Virus record (IMG/VR): IMGVR_UViG_3300045421_000122
Strand: one strand, 5' to 3'
DNA from: an uncultured virus (IMG/VR IMGVR_UViG_3300045421_000122)
Taxonomy: Duplodnaviria > Heunggongvirae > Uroviricota > Caudoviricetes
DNA length: 20,000 nt
Both the position numbers and the translations under genes were made by a program. The first letter of the stretch is position 1; each line of letters starts with the position of its first letter. Positions 1 through 7,582 of this stretch are shown here, one piece after another. The notes beneath the pieces are model-generated. The model ran no database searches. It saw only the letters and a list, made by a program, of their open reading frames with translations, and was not told the DNA's origin.

Positions 1-11
1 TAGCATCGTTT

Positions 12-590
12 TTAAGTATATGGATATTGTGCTGATTCTCCAGAAGTATGATAATCATATTCAATAATGATTTTATTTAAGAAAAGGGTCCTAGCAGAGG
101 CCAATTCAGCCACATCTCTGCTTTCATCTACTTGATATACCCTAATATTGTGAAAATACACTCTGGCTGGATTATCTTCAGTTGCATTTTCAGCACTGTA
201 ATTATTTACATCTTCGGCTGCCGCATCTTCTCTATCTAAAGAGGCGCTTATTATTCTTACGGCATCAATTAATTTACCCACATCAGAAGAGTATATAAAA
301 TAAATTAATTGTTCTCTTTTGTGGCGATAAAACGGGGTAGGTCTAAATCTCATCATTCTGTCATAAACAATTAATATAGGAGATTCTACCTGTTGAATTG
401 AAACGGTATCGTTATATAAATCTTCTATATTTGTTGGATACTGTGCTGGAACCATAGGATTAAATCCTGCTTGATTAGGTGTTGAAGGACCAGAGGCTAT
501 TAGCCCAAATATTGATAACTGCTCATTAACATAGTTATTAATAAAAGTTGGAGCAAATCCAGTATCTTTAAGATTTGGAGTATATGTCAT
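12..590 (-). CDS. Putative neck/tail-completion (tail terminator-like) protein, 192 aa
   Basis: Intact ORF; ATGA overlap with the upstream gene (587-590); fourth of the coupled head-completion genes. Function inferred from synteny only. Confidence 0.55.
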   Translation of the reverse strand: MTYTPNLKDTGFAPTFINNYVNEQLSIFGLIASGPSTPNQAGFNPMVPAQYPTNIEDLYNDTVSIQQVESPILIVYDRMMRFRPTPFYRHKREQLIYFIYSSDVGKLIDAVRIISASLDREDAAAEDVNNYSAENATEDNPARVYFHNIRVYQVDESRDVAELASARTLFLNKIIIEYDYHTSGESAQYPYT

Positions 591-1264
591 TTAATACCTA
601 CCCTTGCATTTGCTATCCAACTAAAACCAGTGCTTACGCCTTTTGCCCTACCAGTTTTTGCTCCAGCCCTAATATTTTTCTTAAATATTGTAGGCTTGCT
701 TATATAATCATATAAACCAGAAGCACGAATAAAAGATTGTTTAAAATATTTTAACATAAACTCATCAAACACATCTTCGTAAGAGCCTCTAACTTGATTG
801 CCACCAGGATTTCTTACAACAACAGGTTTTTTAGTATATATTGTTTCTCCGCCAGATTCAAACCTTAAGACTCCACCACTTTTTGGTTTAATAACAACAG
901 TCTTTCCTTGTTCCATAATTTTTGCTTTGTCATAAAAGGGAGCCGTTGCATCTGCAGATACTGTTTTAGATTGTCTAAAATTAGAAAATAATGACAAACC
1001 ACTTTTATTAACAACATAATTAATGTCAAATAATCTAGCGGCTGGACTTCCAGTTCGATACCATTCATATACATGATGCAATGCTTTAGGGTTTGCTCTA
1101 GCATTTGTATCTATGTATTGTCCTAGGGCTTTTATAACTCCCTTGCCAAGATTACTTAAGAATATTGTTTTGCCTTTGTCTACCCCGTCTAAAAAACCAT
1201 AAGAGTATTTAAGAACATTATCCATTGTTTTGGCAAAGTGCTTAGTGTCTGTTCTTGCTATCAT
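587..1264 (-). CDS. Putative neck/tail-completion protein (HK97 gp10-like position), 225 aa, basic
   Basis: Intact ORF with TAATG coupling at 1262-1266; K/R-rich; contains a 'VIKPKSGGVLRF...VVRNPG' segment typical of phage neck/morphogenesis proteins; synteny. Confidence 0.55.
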   Translation of the reverse strand: MIARTDTKHFAKTMDNVLKYSYGFLDGVDKGKTIFLSNLGKGVIKALGQYIDTNARANPKALHHVYEWYRTGSPAARLFDINYVVNKSGLSLFSNFRQSKTVSADATAPFYDKAKIMEQGKTVVIKPKSGGVLRFESGGETIYTKKPVVVRNPGGNQVRGSYEDVFDEFMLKYFKQSFIRASGLYDYISKPTIFKKNIRAGAKTGRAKGVSTGFSWIANARVGIK

Positions 1265-1713
1265 TAATCACCCACAGTCTGATTTTCAGCCCTGCGTAAA
1301 ATCATTTTGTAATATTCTGTGCTTCTTAAAGCACCAACAAAAGGCTCTACAGTTGCAACCTCATAAATTGTTCCACGGCCTGCCCTTACTCCAGCAGTTT
1401 CTATATAAACTAAATCATCATTAGAGTGTCTGAGGTTGGCAATCAAAATATTAGTAATAGCATTTTTTTCTTTTTGAGAGGATATTCTAGGATCGTTTTT
1501 AGTTCTTGCTAATAATTTGTTTTGTAGTTGCAAAAACGAATCTGCTTTAACATTTTCTGTGCTGTCCGTTCCAACTGACTCTGCATTACAGGCTATAGTT
1601 TTGTCAAATACCCAGTCTTTTTTAGGTTGACCATAATCTCCTTGAGAAATAATTGGGTAATAAACGTCTGCTTTAAACGGGTATACAAAATCAGTAGTTT
1701 CACACAAAACCAT
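1264..1713 (-). CDS. Putative head-closure (stopper) protein, 149 aa
   Basis: TAATG-coupled at 1711-1715; size, 'DYGQPKKDW' early motif and 'YEVATVEP...YYKMILRR' C-terminus resemble SPP1 gp16-like stoppers; follows the adaptor gene. Confidence 0.55.
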   Translation of the reverse strand: MVLCETTDFVYPFKADVYYPIISQGDYGQPKKDWVFDKTIACNAESVGTDSTENVKADSFLQLQNKLLARTKNDPRISSQKEKNAITNILIANLRHSNDDLVYIETAGVRAGRGTIYEVATVEPFVGALRSTEYYKMILRRAENQTVGD

Positions 1714-2681
1714 TATAAAACTCCAGGACGAGTTATTGTTTTAAGATATTTTTTTAATATTTTGTCTACTAGTAAATTGCCAGTTCCATTAAAAATATTT
1801 TTATCATGCTTAAAGTTAAATTGATCAGTTCTGTAAGATTCTATATATCGTTTATAATAATCTAATTTGCCAGACTTTATGTCTTGAATAAGTATATTAG
1901 TTGCATCTTTAATATCGTTAGGTACTACTTTATACCCTGCCTCAAGATAAAACATGTAATCTACGCCTTCTGGAAAACTAACTCCACCCTGAAAAGTTTG
2001 AATATTAGCACTATCTGAAGTATCAAACCATGAAAACGAATCTGATGCAGCGATAGGCATTCTTGCTGGTTTTCTCTCTGCTCTATTCCATTGATCTACT
2101 CCAGCAGATGGATCTTTAACAATACCGCTTTTATCTTTTGTAATGCTGTAGTCATAACTATCTAATGCTGGTTCTTCTTCGCTAGAGTCCCAAACTAATT
2201 CAGCATTTTCGTATGCTTTAAGAATTTTGTAACCCCTCTTCCAAATTGGAATATAGTCAGTGCCTTGACCAACCACTTGAAGCCATTCTGTAGTAAAATA
2301 AAATCCATCTGGAATGTAAGAGTCAATTATTTGTCTTGCTAATTTTTCATATTCTGTATATTCCGCTATTTCTGTAGCAGTAGTTCCAAGGTCGTTTGGA
2401 TCAATGTAGGGTCTAAGTATTTCTAAATTATCTTCAACCACAATATCTCCACGACTAGATCCATTCTTTTCATATATAGTTACAGCGTAATAATCATCAT
2501 AATTAGAAAAAGAATCAGCCAAGGTGCGTGTTACTAGGGCACTAGCATTTGCTGTGACTGTCACATCCAATATTTCTTCATATCTATCATTGTTTGATAT
2601 TACAAGAAAATATGATGTACTTGCTGTTGGAACAGTATATTCAATGCTAAGCGGGTATGGGGGAAGTCTTAAAATTTCCAT
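1713..2681 (-). CDS. Putative head-tail adaptor/connector with an extra N-terminal beta domain, 322 aa
   Basis: C-terminal 'YLEAGYKVVPNDIKDATNILI' matches the Y-x-AGY-x-x-(V/I)P-x-D-(I/L)-x-x-A pattern of gp6/gp15-like adaptors; TAATG coupling at 2679-2683. Confidence 0.65.
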   Translation of the reverse strand: MEILRLPPYPLSIEYTVPTASTSYFLVISNNDRYEEILDVTVTANASALVTRTLADSFSNYDDYYAVTIYEKNGSSRGDIVVEDNLEILRPYIDPNDLGTTATEIAEYTEYEKLARQIIDSYIPDGFYFTTEWLQVVGQGTDYIPIWKRGYKILKAYENAELVWDSSEEEPALDSYDYSITKDKSGIVKDPSAGVDQWNRAERKPARMPIAASDSFSWFDTSDSANIQTFQGGVSFPEGVDYMFYLEAGYKVVPNDIKDATNILIQDIKSGKLDYYKRYIESYRTDQFNFKHDKNIFNGTGNLLVDKILKKYLKTITRPGVL

Positions 2682-3013
2682 TATTCTATGCCATAATATC
2701 TTGCTAACTCCTGAGGGGTTGCTAATCTAACACCTTTACGAGTTAACCACCAATTGGCTGCCTCCTTATTGACTATATTATATCCGTTTTTCAAAACACC
2801 AAATTCTTTATTTATACTACGTTTACTATTATTTGAAAACAATGCAACTTTTTCTGAATTTTCTGTTTTGGCTATTTTCACAACCTCTTTACCCTCTAGT
2901 ATTTTAAGCATTTGTTCTCTTGTTCTTGCATCTTTTAAATCAATATCATTGTTTTTAGCAAATGATTTTATTTCAAACACACTTTTTGTTTTTAAATTTT
3001 CTACATCTAACAT
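2681..3013 (-). CDS. Small protein with Rho-N/HeH-like N-terminal motif, 110 aa (start revised from 3031 to ATG 3013)
   Basis: GGAGG 5 nt upstream of ATG 3013; the ATG at 3031 lies inside the promoter motif. 'LKTKSVFEIKSFAKNNDIDLKDARTREQMLKIL' has helix-extension-helix spacing, common just after capsid genes. Confidence 0.65.
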   Translation of the reverse strand: MLDVENLKTKSVFEIKSFAKNNDIDLKDARTREQMLKILEGKEVVKIAKTENSEKVALFSNNSKRSINKEFGVLKNGYNIVNKEAANWWLTRKGVRLATPQELARYYGIE

Positions 3014-3029
3014 ATTTTCCTCCACTGTC

Positions 3030-3038
3030 ATTATATCA
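3030..3038 (-). promoter_or_regulatory. Extended -10 promoter motif TGATATAAT
   Basis: Exact TGnTATAAT immediately downstream of the capsid terminator and 16 nt upstream of ATG 3013. Confidence 0.75.
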
Positions 3039-3045
3039 GAAATAC

Positions 3046-3079
3046 TAAAAGAGAGCGGTTTTTACGCCGCCCTCTTTTA
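3046..3079 (-). terminator. Intrinsic terminator after the major capsid gene (possibly bidirectional)
   Basis: Minus strand AAAAGAGGGCGG-CGTAAAAA-CCGCTCTCTTTT; 12-bp stem with one G-U; A/T tracts on both sides; 17 nt after the stop codon. Confidence 0.85.
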
Positions 3080-3096
3080 ATTTTGTTGCTTATATT

Positions 3097-4224
3097 TTAT
3101 GAGTCTGCGCTATCTGCGTCAACATATGCGACTGCATCTAACTCTTCCCATGCTAGACCAAAGCGAACAAATACTGTATATTCTACAGTGTCTTTCTTTG
3201 GCTTATATTCACGATTTACTGTGATATCTCTCTGGAAGCCCCATACACGGTTATCAGGGAATGTCAAATCGACATATCCTTCTGGATAGTAAGGAACCTC
3301 AAGAACATCTACACCAAGTACACGAGTTGTACGTGATGGACCAAAGGTCTGTGCTGTACCATCAAGGAATTCTTGACGGTTTGCTTGTGTGCTACCAATT
3401 CTGTCAGCGAATGCTGCAGAAATAGCATCTGCAAGTGTACCGTTGTTTCGAACGATACCAGCAAAAGCATCAGTGCCTGCATAGAACTTTAAATTACTCT
3501 TAATGGCACGATATTTACGTGGCATTGCCAATAACAAGTCTTGCATCACTGTTGTTGTGAAGTTATTGTCTGATACTGTTGCGCTTAATTCGTGTGCAGC
3601 ATTTCCTACTGTTCCACGAGTTTGCTTGATGAATCCAGACATAATTGAAAGGAATGTGCCTGTTGCACCGTCACCGTTAATAGCCAAGTCTTCAATATCA
3701 TTACCGAAAGCATTGGTCATTAAACGAACTAGACGATCTTCAAGGGCTGCACCTTCAATATTGTCTTCCAAAGACTCTGTAGAAACTTCCCAATCAAGAC
3801 GAATCTTTTTGGTTGTAAGTTCTACTTTGCTGAATGTAGCACCTGCGTTTGTGTAAGTGTCATCTGCTTGTGCAGCGGCACGAATCACACGCTCACCAAC
3901 GTTAACCTTTTCGATCTCCATGGTGTTTGCTCTCATTGTAACTCTACGACCATCTTTGGCGAGAACTGTTGCATCCCACACGTAGTCGATAAAGCGGCGA
4001 GCCTGTTCTGGATTAAGTACGCCTCCGTTTGTTCCTGGGAATGGATTAACAGCGTTTGGTCCAGTTGTTACACCAAAAGTTCCACCGCTAACGTTACCAA
4101 GAGAACCTGCAGGAGATACGTTACCATCTGGATCTGTTGCAGTTGCACTTCCAATACCACCAGATACGAAAGCACCTGCTTCAGCAGCCTTAATCAGTTT
4201 TTCTTGTATTTCTTGTTCCGACAT
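3097..4224 (-). CDS. Major capsid protein, HK97 fold, 375 aa (start revised to ATG 4224)
   Basis: Strong SD GGAGGTGA 5 nt before ATG 4224; follows portal and protease/scaffold; 'GGVLNPEQARRFID', 'EDLAINGDG' and 'VLGVDVLEVPYYP' are typical HK97-fold motifs; followed by a terminator. Confidence 0.92.
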   Translation of the reverse strand: MSEQEIQEKLIKAAEAGAFVSGGIGSATATDPDGNVSPAGSLGNVSGGTFGVTTGPNAVNPFPGTNGGVLNPEQARRFIDYVWDATVLAKDGRRVTMRANTMEIEKVNVGERVIRAAAQADDTYTNAGATFSKVELTTKKIRLDWEVSTESLEDNIEGAALEDRLVRLMTNAFGNDIEDLAINGDGATGTFLSIMSGFIKQTRGTVGNAAHELSATVSDNNFTTTVMQDLLLAMPRKYRAIKSNLKFYAGTDAFAGIVRNNGTLADAISAAFADRIGSTQANRQEFLDGTAQTFGPSRTTRVLGVDVLEVPYYPEGYVDLTFPDNRVWGFQRDITVNREYKPKKDTVEYTVFVRFGLAWEELDAVAYVDADSADS

Positions 4225-4248
4225 ATTATTCACCTCCATTTTCGGTTT

Positions 4249-4797
4249 TTACTTAAATAGGTCGGCATTTGTGAGGAAACGTCCGCCCCATAGGGATTTT
4301 TGAGCCTTCATTTCTGAAAACTCCTGCACGATCTCGCCTAGATCGCCAGACTTGCGGAAAGCGGTATCTGCTTCAACTGCATCTACTCTCTTTCCAAACT
4401 CATCAAAAGAACCCTTTACTTCTTTTATTTCATTTGTTACGGAATTTACTTTTCCTGTAACATCTTCAAGGGACTTTGTAATTGCTGCAACGGTGTCTTG
4501 TACAGACTTTACTGTTGCTGCAAGATCGCTCAAGGCATTAGTTAGAGAATTTTTTATGTCTGTTACAGACTTATTAATTTCTGAAACAACATTAGTTTGA
4601 TTCTCTACAACTTCTGTTATAGAAGGAGCAACTTCATCAGATTTAGCAAGAACAGGTTCTGCAACTGCTTCTTCAACAATTGCCTCTGCTTCTGCTACAA
4701 CTTCTGCTGTAGCCTCTGGAGCAACCTTAACATCTTCAACAACTTGTGTCTCTTCAACAATTTTTGTTTCAGTCACAATTGATGTTTCTTCTGTCAT
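4249..4797 (-). CDS. Nested in-frame scaffolding protein, 182 aa (MTEETSIV...KSLWGGRFLTNADLFK)
   Basis: AAGGAGG (4806-4812) 8 nt upstream of in-frame ATG 4797, at the point where the protein becomes E/V/A-rich and then heptad-like. Confidence 0.75.
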   Translation of the reverse strand: MTEETSIVTETKIVEETQVVEDVKVAPEATAEVVAEAEAIVEEAVAEPVLAKSDEVAPSITEVVENQTNVVSEINKSVTDIKNSLTNALSDLAATVKSVQDTVAAITKSLEDVTGKVNSVTNEIKEVKGSFDEFGKRVDAVEADTAFRKSGDLGEIVQEFSEMKAQKSLWGGRFLTNADLFK

Positions 4798-5544
4798 AAG
4801 ATTATCCTCCTTTTTAATCTTAATTGTACTAATGCCTTTTGCACTATCAACTAAGAATTTTATTTTTTCTGTATTTTCTTTGTCAGATTTTTCTACAAAA
4901 CCAATATTCTGCATGGGTTTTCCAGAATGTGGACTTGCTTCTGTTTCTGAAGATGAAATTAAAACTATGTCATTTTCTTCATCCCAAAAAACATTTTCAA
5001 TTTCTGCTTTTGCTAAATATCCGCTAAGTTCTCCTTTTTCAATAGAAATTACGTTAGCAAATTCATTGGCTGGATTATCAACAAGTGATAATTCACTTAG
5101 TTCATATTCTTTAATAATACGCACTGATTTTTTTAATTCTTCATTAAATTCATCATCAAATTTTTTAATGCTACCACCAATTGAAAAGCCAGTCAAAGTT
5201 CCATCAAGAACCTTCTCCCATGTATTTTGTGCTCCTTTAGAAACATAGGCTGAAACATAAACTCCGCTATAAAATTTTTTTACTTTAGGATCAAAATAAC
5301 GATCTTCTTTAAAAGAAACAACCTTACCTACAGCACTGGGTTGATGCATTTCGCGAAGGTTGCCACGAAATTTTTTAAAAGCGGTCATGCTTGCGTCTGT
5401 TGTTACAATGTCATTTTGTCTATCTACATTGTCTAAAGTTGCAAAACCAGAAACAATTCTGCGTTCTTGATCAATTTTGCCAATGGGTATTGAAAAGCGA
5501 ACATTGTCGCCATTAGTAACCCAGTGTGCTTTATTAACTGTCAT
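4249..5544 (-). CDS. HK97-type prohead maturation protease fused to a C-terminal scaffold region
   Basis: 'VSGFATLDNVDRQND', 'LREMHQ' (His), 'LTGFSIGG' (Ser) and 'ELSLVDNPAN' are canonical HK97-family protease motifs; acidic coiled-coil C-half. ATG 5544 preferred over TTG 5550, which is only 3 nt from the -10 box. Confidence 0.9.
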   Translation of the reverse strand: MTVNKAHWVTNGDNVRFSIPIGKIDQERRIVSGFATLDNVDRQNDIVTTDASMTAFKKFRGNLREMHQPSAVGKVVSFKEDRYFDPKVKKFYSGVYVSAYVSKGAQNTWEKVLDGTLTGFSIGGSIKKFDDEFNEELKKSVRIIKEYELSELSLVDNPANEFANVISIEKGELSGYLAKAEIENVFWDEENDIVLISSSETEASPHSGKPMQNIGFVEKSDKENTEKIKFLVDSAKGISTIKIKKEDNLMTEETSIVTETKIVEETQVVEDVKVAPEATAEVVAEAEAIVEEAVAEPVLAKSDEVAPSITEVVENQTNVVSEINKSVTDIKNSLTNALSDLAATVKSVQDTVAAITKSLEDVTGKVNSVTNEIKEVKGSFDEFGKRVDAVEADTAFRKSGDLGEIVQEFSEMKAQKSLWGGRFLTNADLFK

Positions 5545-5553
5545 TGCCAAACA

Positions 5554-5562
5554 ATTATATCA
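5554..5562 (-). promoter_or_regulatory. Extended -10 promoter motif TGATATAAT (protease/scaffold/capsid operon)
   Basis: Exact motif in the portal-protease gap, 9 nt before ATG 5544, which has no SD. Confidence 0.75.
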
Positions 5563-5586
5563 CCTATTTGTATCAATATGTGGATA

Positions 5587-7188
5587 TTATTGAGAAGAAC
5601 GACCTTCTCCCTGTGCGTTTCTTCCAGCAATGGTTGATGGCGAATCTGAATTATTGTTTGTTCTTTCGACATTTCTTTGTCGATTTCCTGCCAAGTTTGC
5701 TCTAGCATCAGTTGCCTGTCTTGGCGACATAATGAATGGCTCATCTCCATCTGACCTCTGTGGAAGATCTAATTTATCACGAGCCTCGTTTGGAGTCATG
5801 ACCTGAGTTTTAACATACCGCTCTAGAATTTGAGATTGTGCAATTTCATCAGTTAGGGTTAATTCATTAAATCTAAGTTCAAGGACATCGGTTTTTTCCC
5901 TTATCAATTTATTAACCATTTTTTCTAAATATTTTTGTGCTGGACGAGATACCTGCTCTTTAAATGTGCGATCTTGTGCTAAAGCAGCAGCAATTGATGC
6001 AGAGTCTGATCCTCCAAGTTTAGAGATAGGAACCTGATGAGCAATTAAAATGTCATCACGATTTTGCTTGCGATATTCTTTAAAGGAGCCTTCTTGAATA
6101 CCGTTTTCAATAGGTTCCATTTTAAATTCAACCTTGTTGCCATCGCTATCTCCTGGAAGCGGAATATACAAGGTTCTGTGTGACTGAGCCTTGAGTCCAG
6201 TCTGTAAAAATCTAAACATTTTATCTTCTGCATCTGAAGATAATTTAGCACCTTTGACTGTAATAACATATCTTGGAACAGCCTTATTTTCAAAGTAATC
6301 AATATTATACTGAGCAGCAAGTTGGTCTCCAATTAGAGACGGCATGGCTGCCAAAATATCTGGAATGCCATAAAAGGTATTTAAAGGAGAGTATTGTTTA
6401 AGATGAATAATCTCGTTTGGCCTAGCATCTCCAGTTACAAGATTTGGATTTTTTGCTGCAAAATTACGAAAGTAAACTATTTTGTTGCCAATAATTTGTA
6501 GGAAGCCATCCTTTAAGCGACGAACACGAACTGTAGTTGCTGGAATGTGACCAATATATCCAATCTCTCCATTTACTTTACGACCAACCTCAAGAAATCC
6601 GTTGCCAGTTGCTTGTAGGTCAGTATATATTTTTTCCATTGTTGTAGTAAACGAATCATCATCGTTCAAAGACTCTAGCCAATCACGAACTAAAATTTTT
6701 GCTCTTTCAATTCTATTTCTTGCTCTGCCAACCATTTCTTGATCTTCATTCATTTCAAAGTTTAACATTGTACGATCTGTAATATCAAAACGATATCCCA
6801 AACCAACAACATTTTCTACCTTAGCATCAATAGCAGCGTGATTGGCAAAATTTGTATCATAGAAGTTTGCAAACTCATACATGTTGTATGGAGGGGTAAT
6901 TACGTCAAATAGTCCATAGCCATTTCTATATACCGTGCCAGCATTAATTTGTTTTGAACCTGAATTGTCTCCAGAGGGAGAGGCATTTGCAGAACTAAGA
7001 TATGAAGCATCGGTAATATCTATCTTTGTTAAATTTCTGTTGGTTCTGCGACGGAAATTGTTATCAATTCCTGATAGATTTTTTAATTCATCCCAAGATT
7101 TAGAAAAAGGATCTAAACTTGCAAACTGATTATTTTCTTTTTCTTGAGTATTTAAACTAGCCTGTATATATTCAAAATTATCACTCAC
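5587..7188 (-). CDS. Portal protein (start probably GTG 7188)
   Basis: 'DLQATGNGFLEV', 'IGHIPATTVR', 'EIIHLK...YGIP', 'YFENKAVP', 'ILIAHQVP' and 'MTPNEAR..LDLP' are HK97/PBSX-type portal motifs; GAGAGG 9 nt upstream of GTG 7188, which overlaps the end of the upstream gene. Confidence 0.92.
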   Translation of the reverse strand: MSDNFEYIQASLNTQEKENNQFASLDPFSKSWDELKNLSGIDNNFRRRTNRNLTKIDITDASYLSSANASPSGDNSGSKQINAGTVYRNGYGLFDVITPPYNMYEFANFYDTNFANHAAIDAKVENVVGLGYRFDITDRTMLNFEMNEDQEMVGRARNRIERAKILVRDWLESLNDDDSFTTTMEKIYTDLQATGNGFLEVGRKVNGEIGYIGHIPATTVRVRRLKDGFLQIIGNKIVYFRNFAAKNPNLVTGDARPNEIIHLKQYSPLNTFYGIPDILAAMPSLIGDQLAAQYNIDYFENKAVPRYVITVKGAKLSSDAEDKMFRFLQTGLKAQSHRTLYIPLPGDSDGNKVEFKMEPIENGIQEGSFKEYRKQNRDDILIAHQVPISKLGGSDSASIAAALAQDRTFKEQVSRPAQKYLEKMVNKLIREKTDVLELRFNELTLTDEIAQSQILERYVKTQVMTPNEARDKLDLPQRSDGDEPFIMSPRQATDARANLAGNRQRNVERTNNNSDSPSTIAGRNAQGEGRSSQ

Positions 7189-7564
7189 TTTCGTAAGCCT
7201 CTCTTCCATGTTTCTTTAAAGTTTGTTGAGCATCGTACACCGCACCAAGATCATTAAGATTAGGTATTAATCCTTGTTTCATTCTGTCTTTCATTTCTGA
7301 GTATTGTTCTTCAGATACCCTGTTTAGTCCAGGAACAAAAATACAACTACCGCTACCATCATCTCCATAATACATTGCTGCTTTTTTAAGTTCTGCAATT
7401 TTTTCAATATCCCCACGCTTGGCAGGAATATTTAAAACATTTTCTTCACCATCTGTAAACCACTTGCCATCAGCCTTTTTGTACACATAAAGACCCCAAT
7501 CATAGTTTTTCTCTATAACTCTGCGTCTTATGTTACCAATTATTGGTTTTTTTCGCTTAACCAT
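7181..7564 (-). CDS. Hypothetical protein directly upstream of portal (127 aa from ATG 7564, or 129 aa from ATG 7570)
   Basis: Fills the gap and overlaps the portal start; ATG 7564 lies 7 nt after a TATACT box, consistent with a leaderless start. Confidence 0.75.
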   Translation of the reverse strand: MVKRKKPIIGNIRRRVIEKNYDWGLYVYKKADGKWFTDGEENVLNIPAKRGDIEKIAELKKAAMYYGDDGSGSCIFVPGLNRVSEEQYSEMKDRMKQGLIPNLNDLGAVYDAQQTLKKHGREAYESE

Positions 7565-7571
7565 ATCCATA

Positions 7572-7580
7572 AGTATAGCA
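7572..7580 (-). promoter_or_regulatory. Extended -10 promoter motif TGCTATACT
   Basis: Occupies the short intergenic gap; identical 9-mer at 13289-13297. Confidence 0.7.
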
Positions 7581-7582
7581 GA

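Noticed and set aside
5579..5587. DnaA-box-like ATATCCACA after the portal stop
   Set aside because: Single copy with one mismatch to TTATCCACA; not enough to call an origin.
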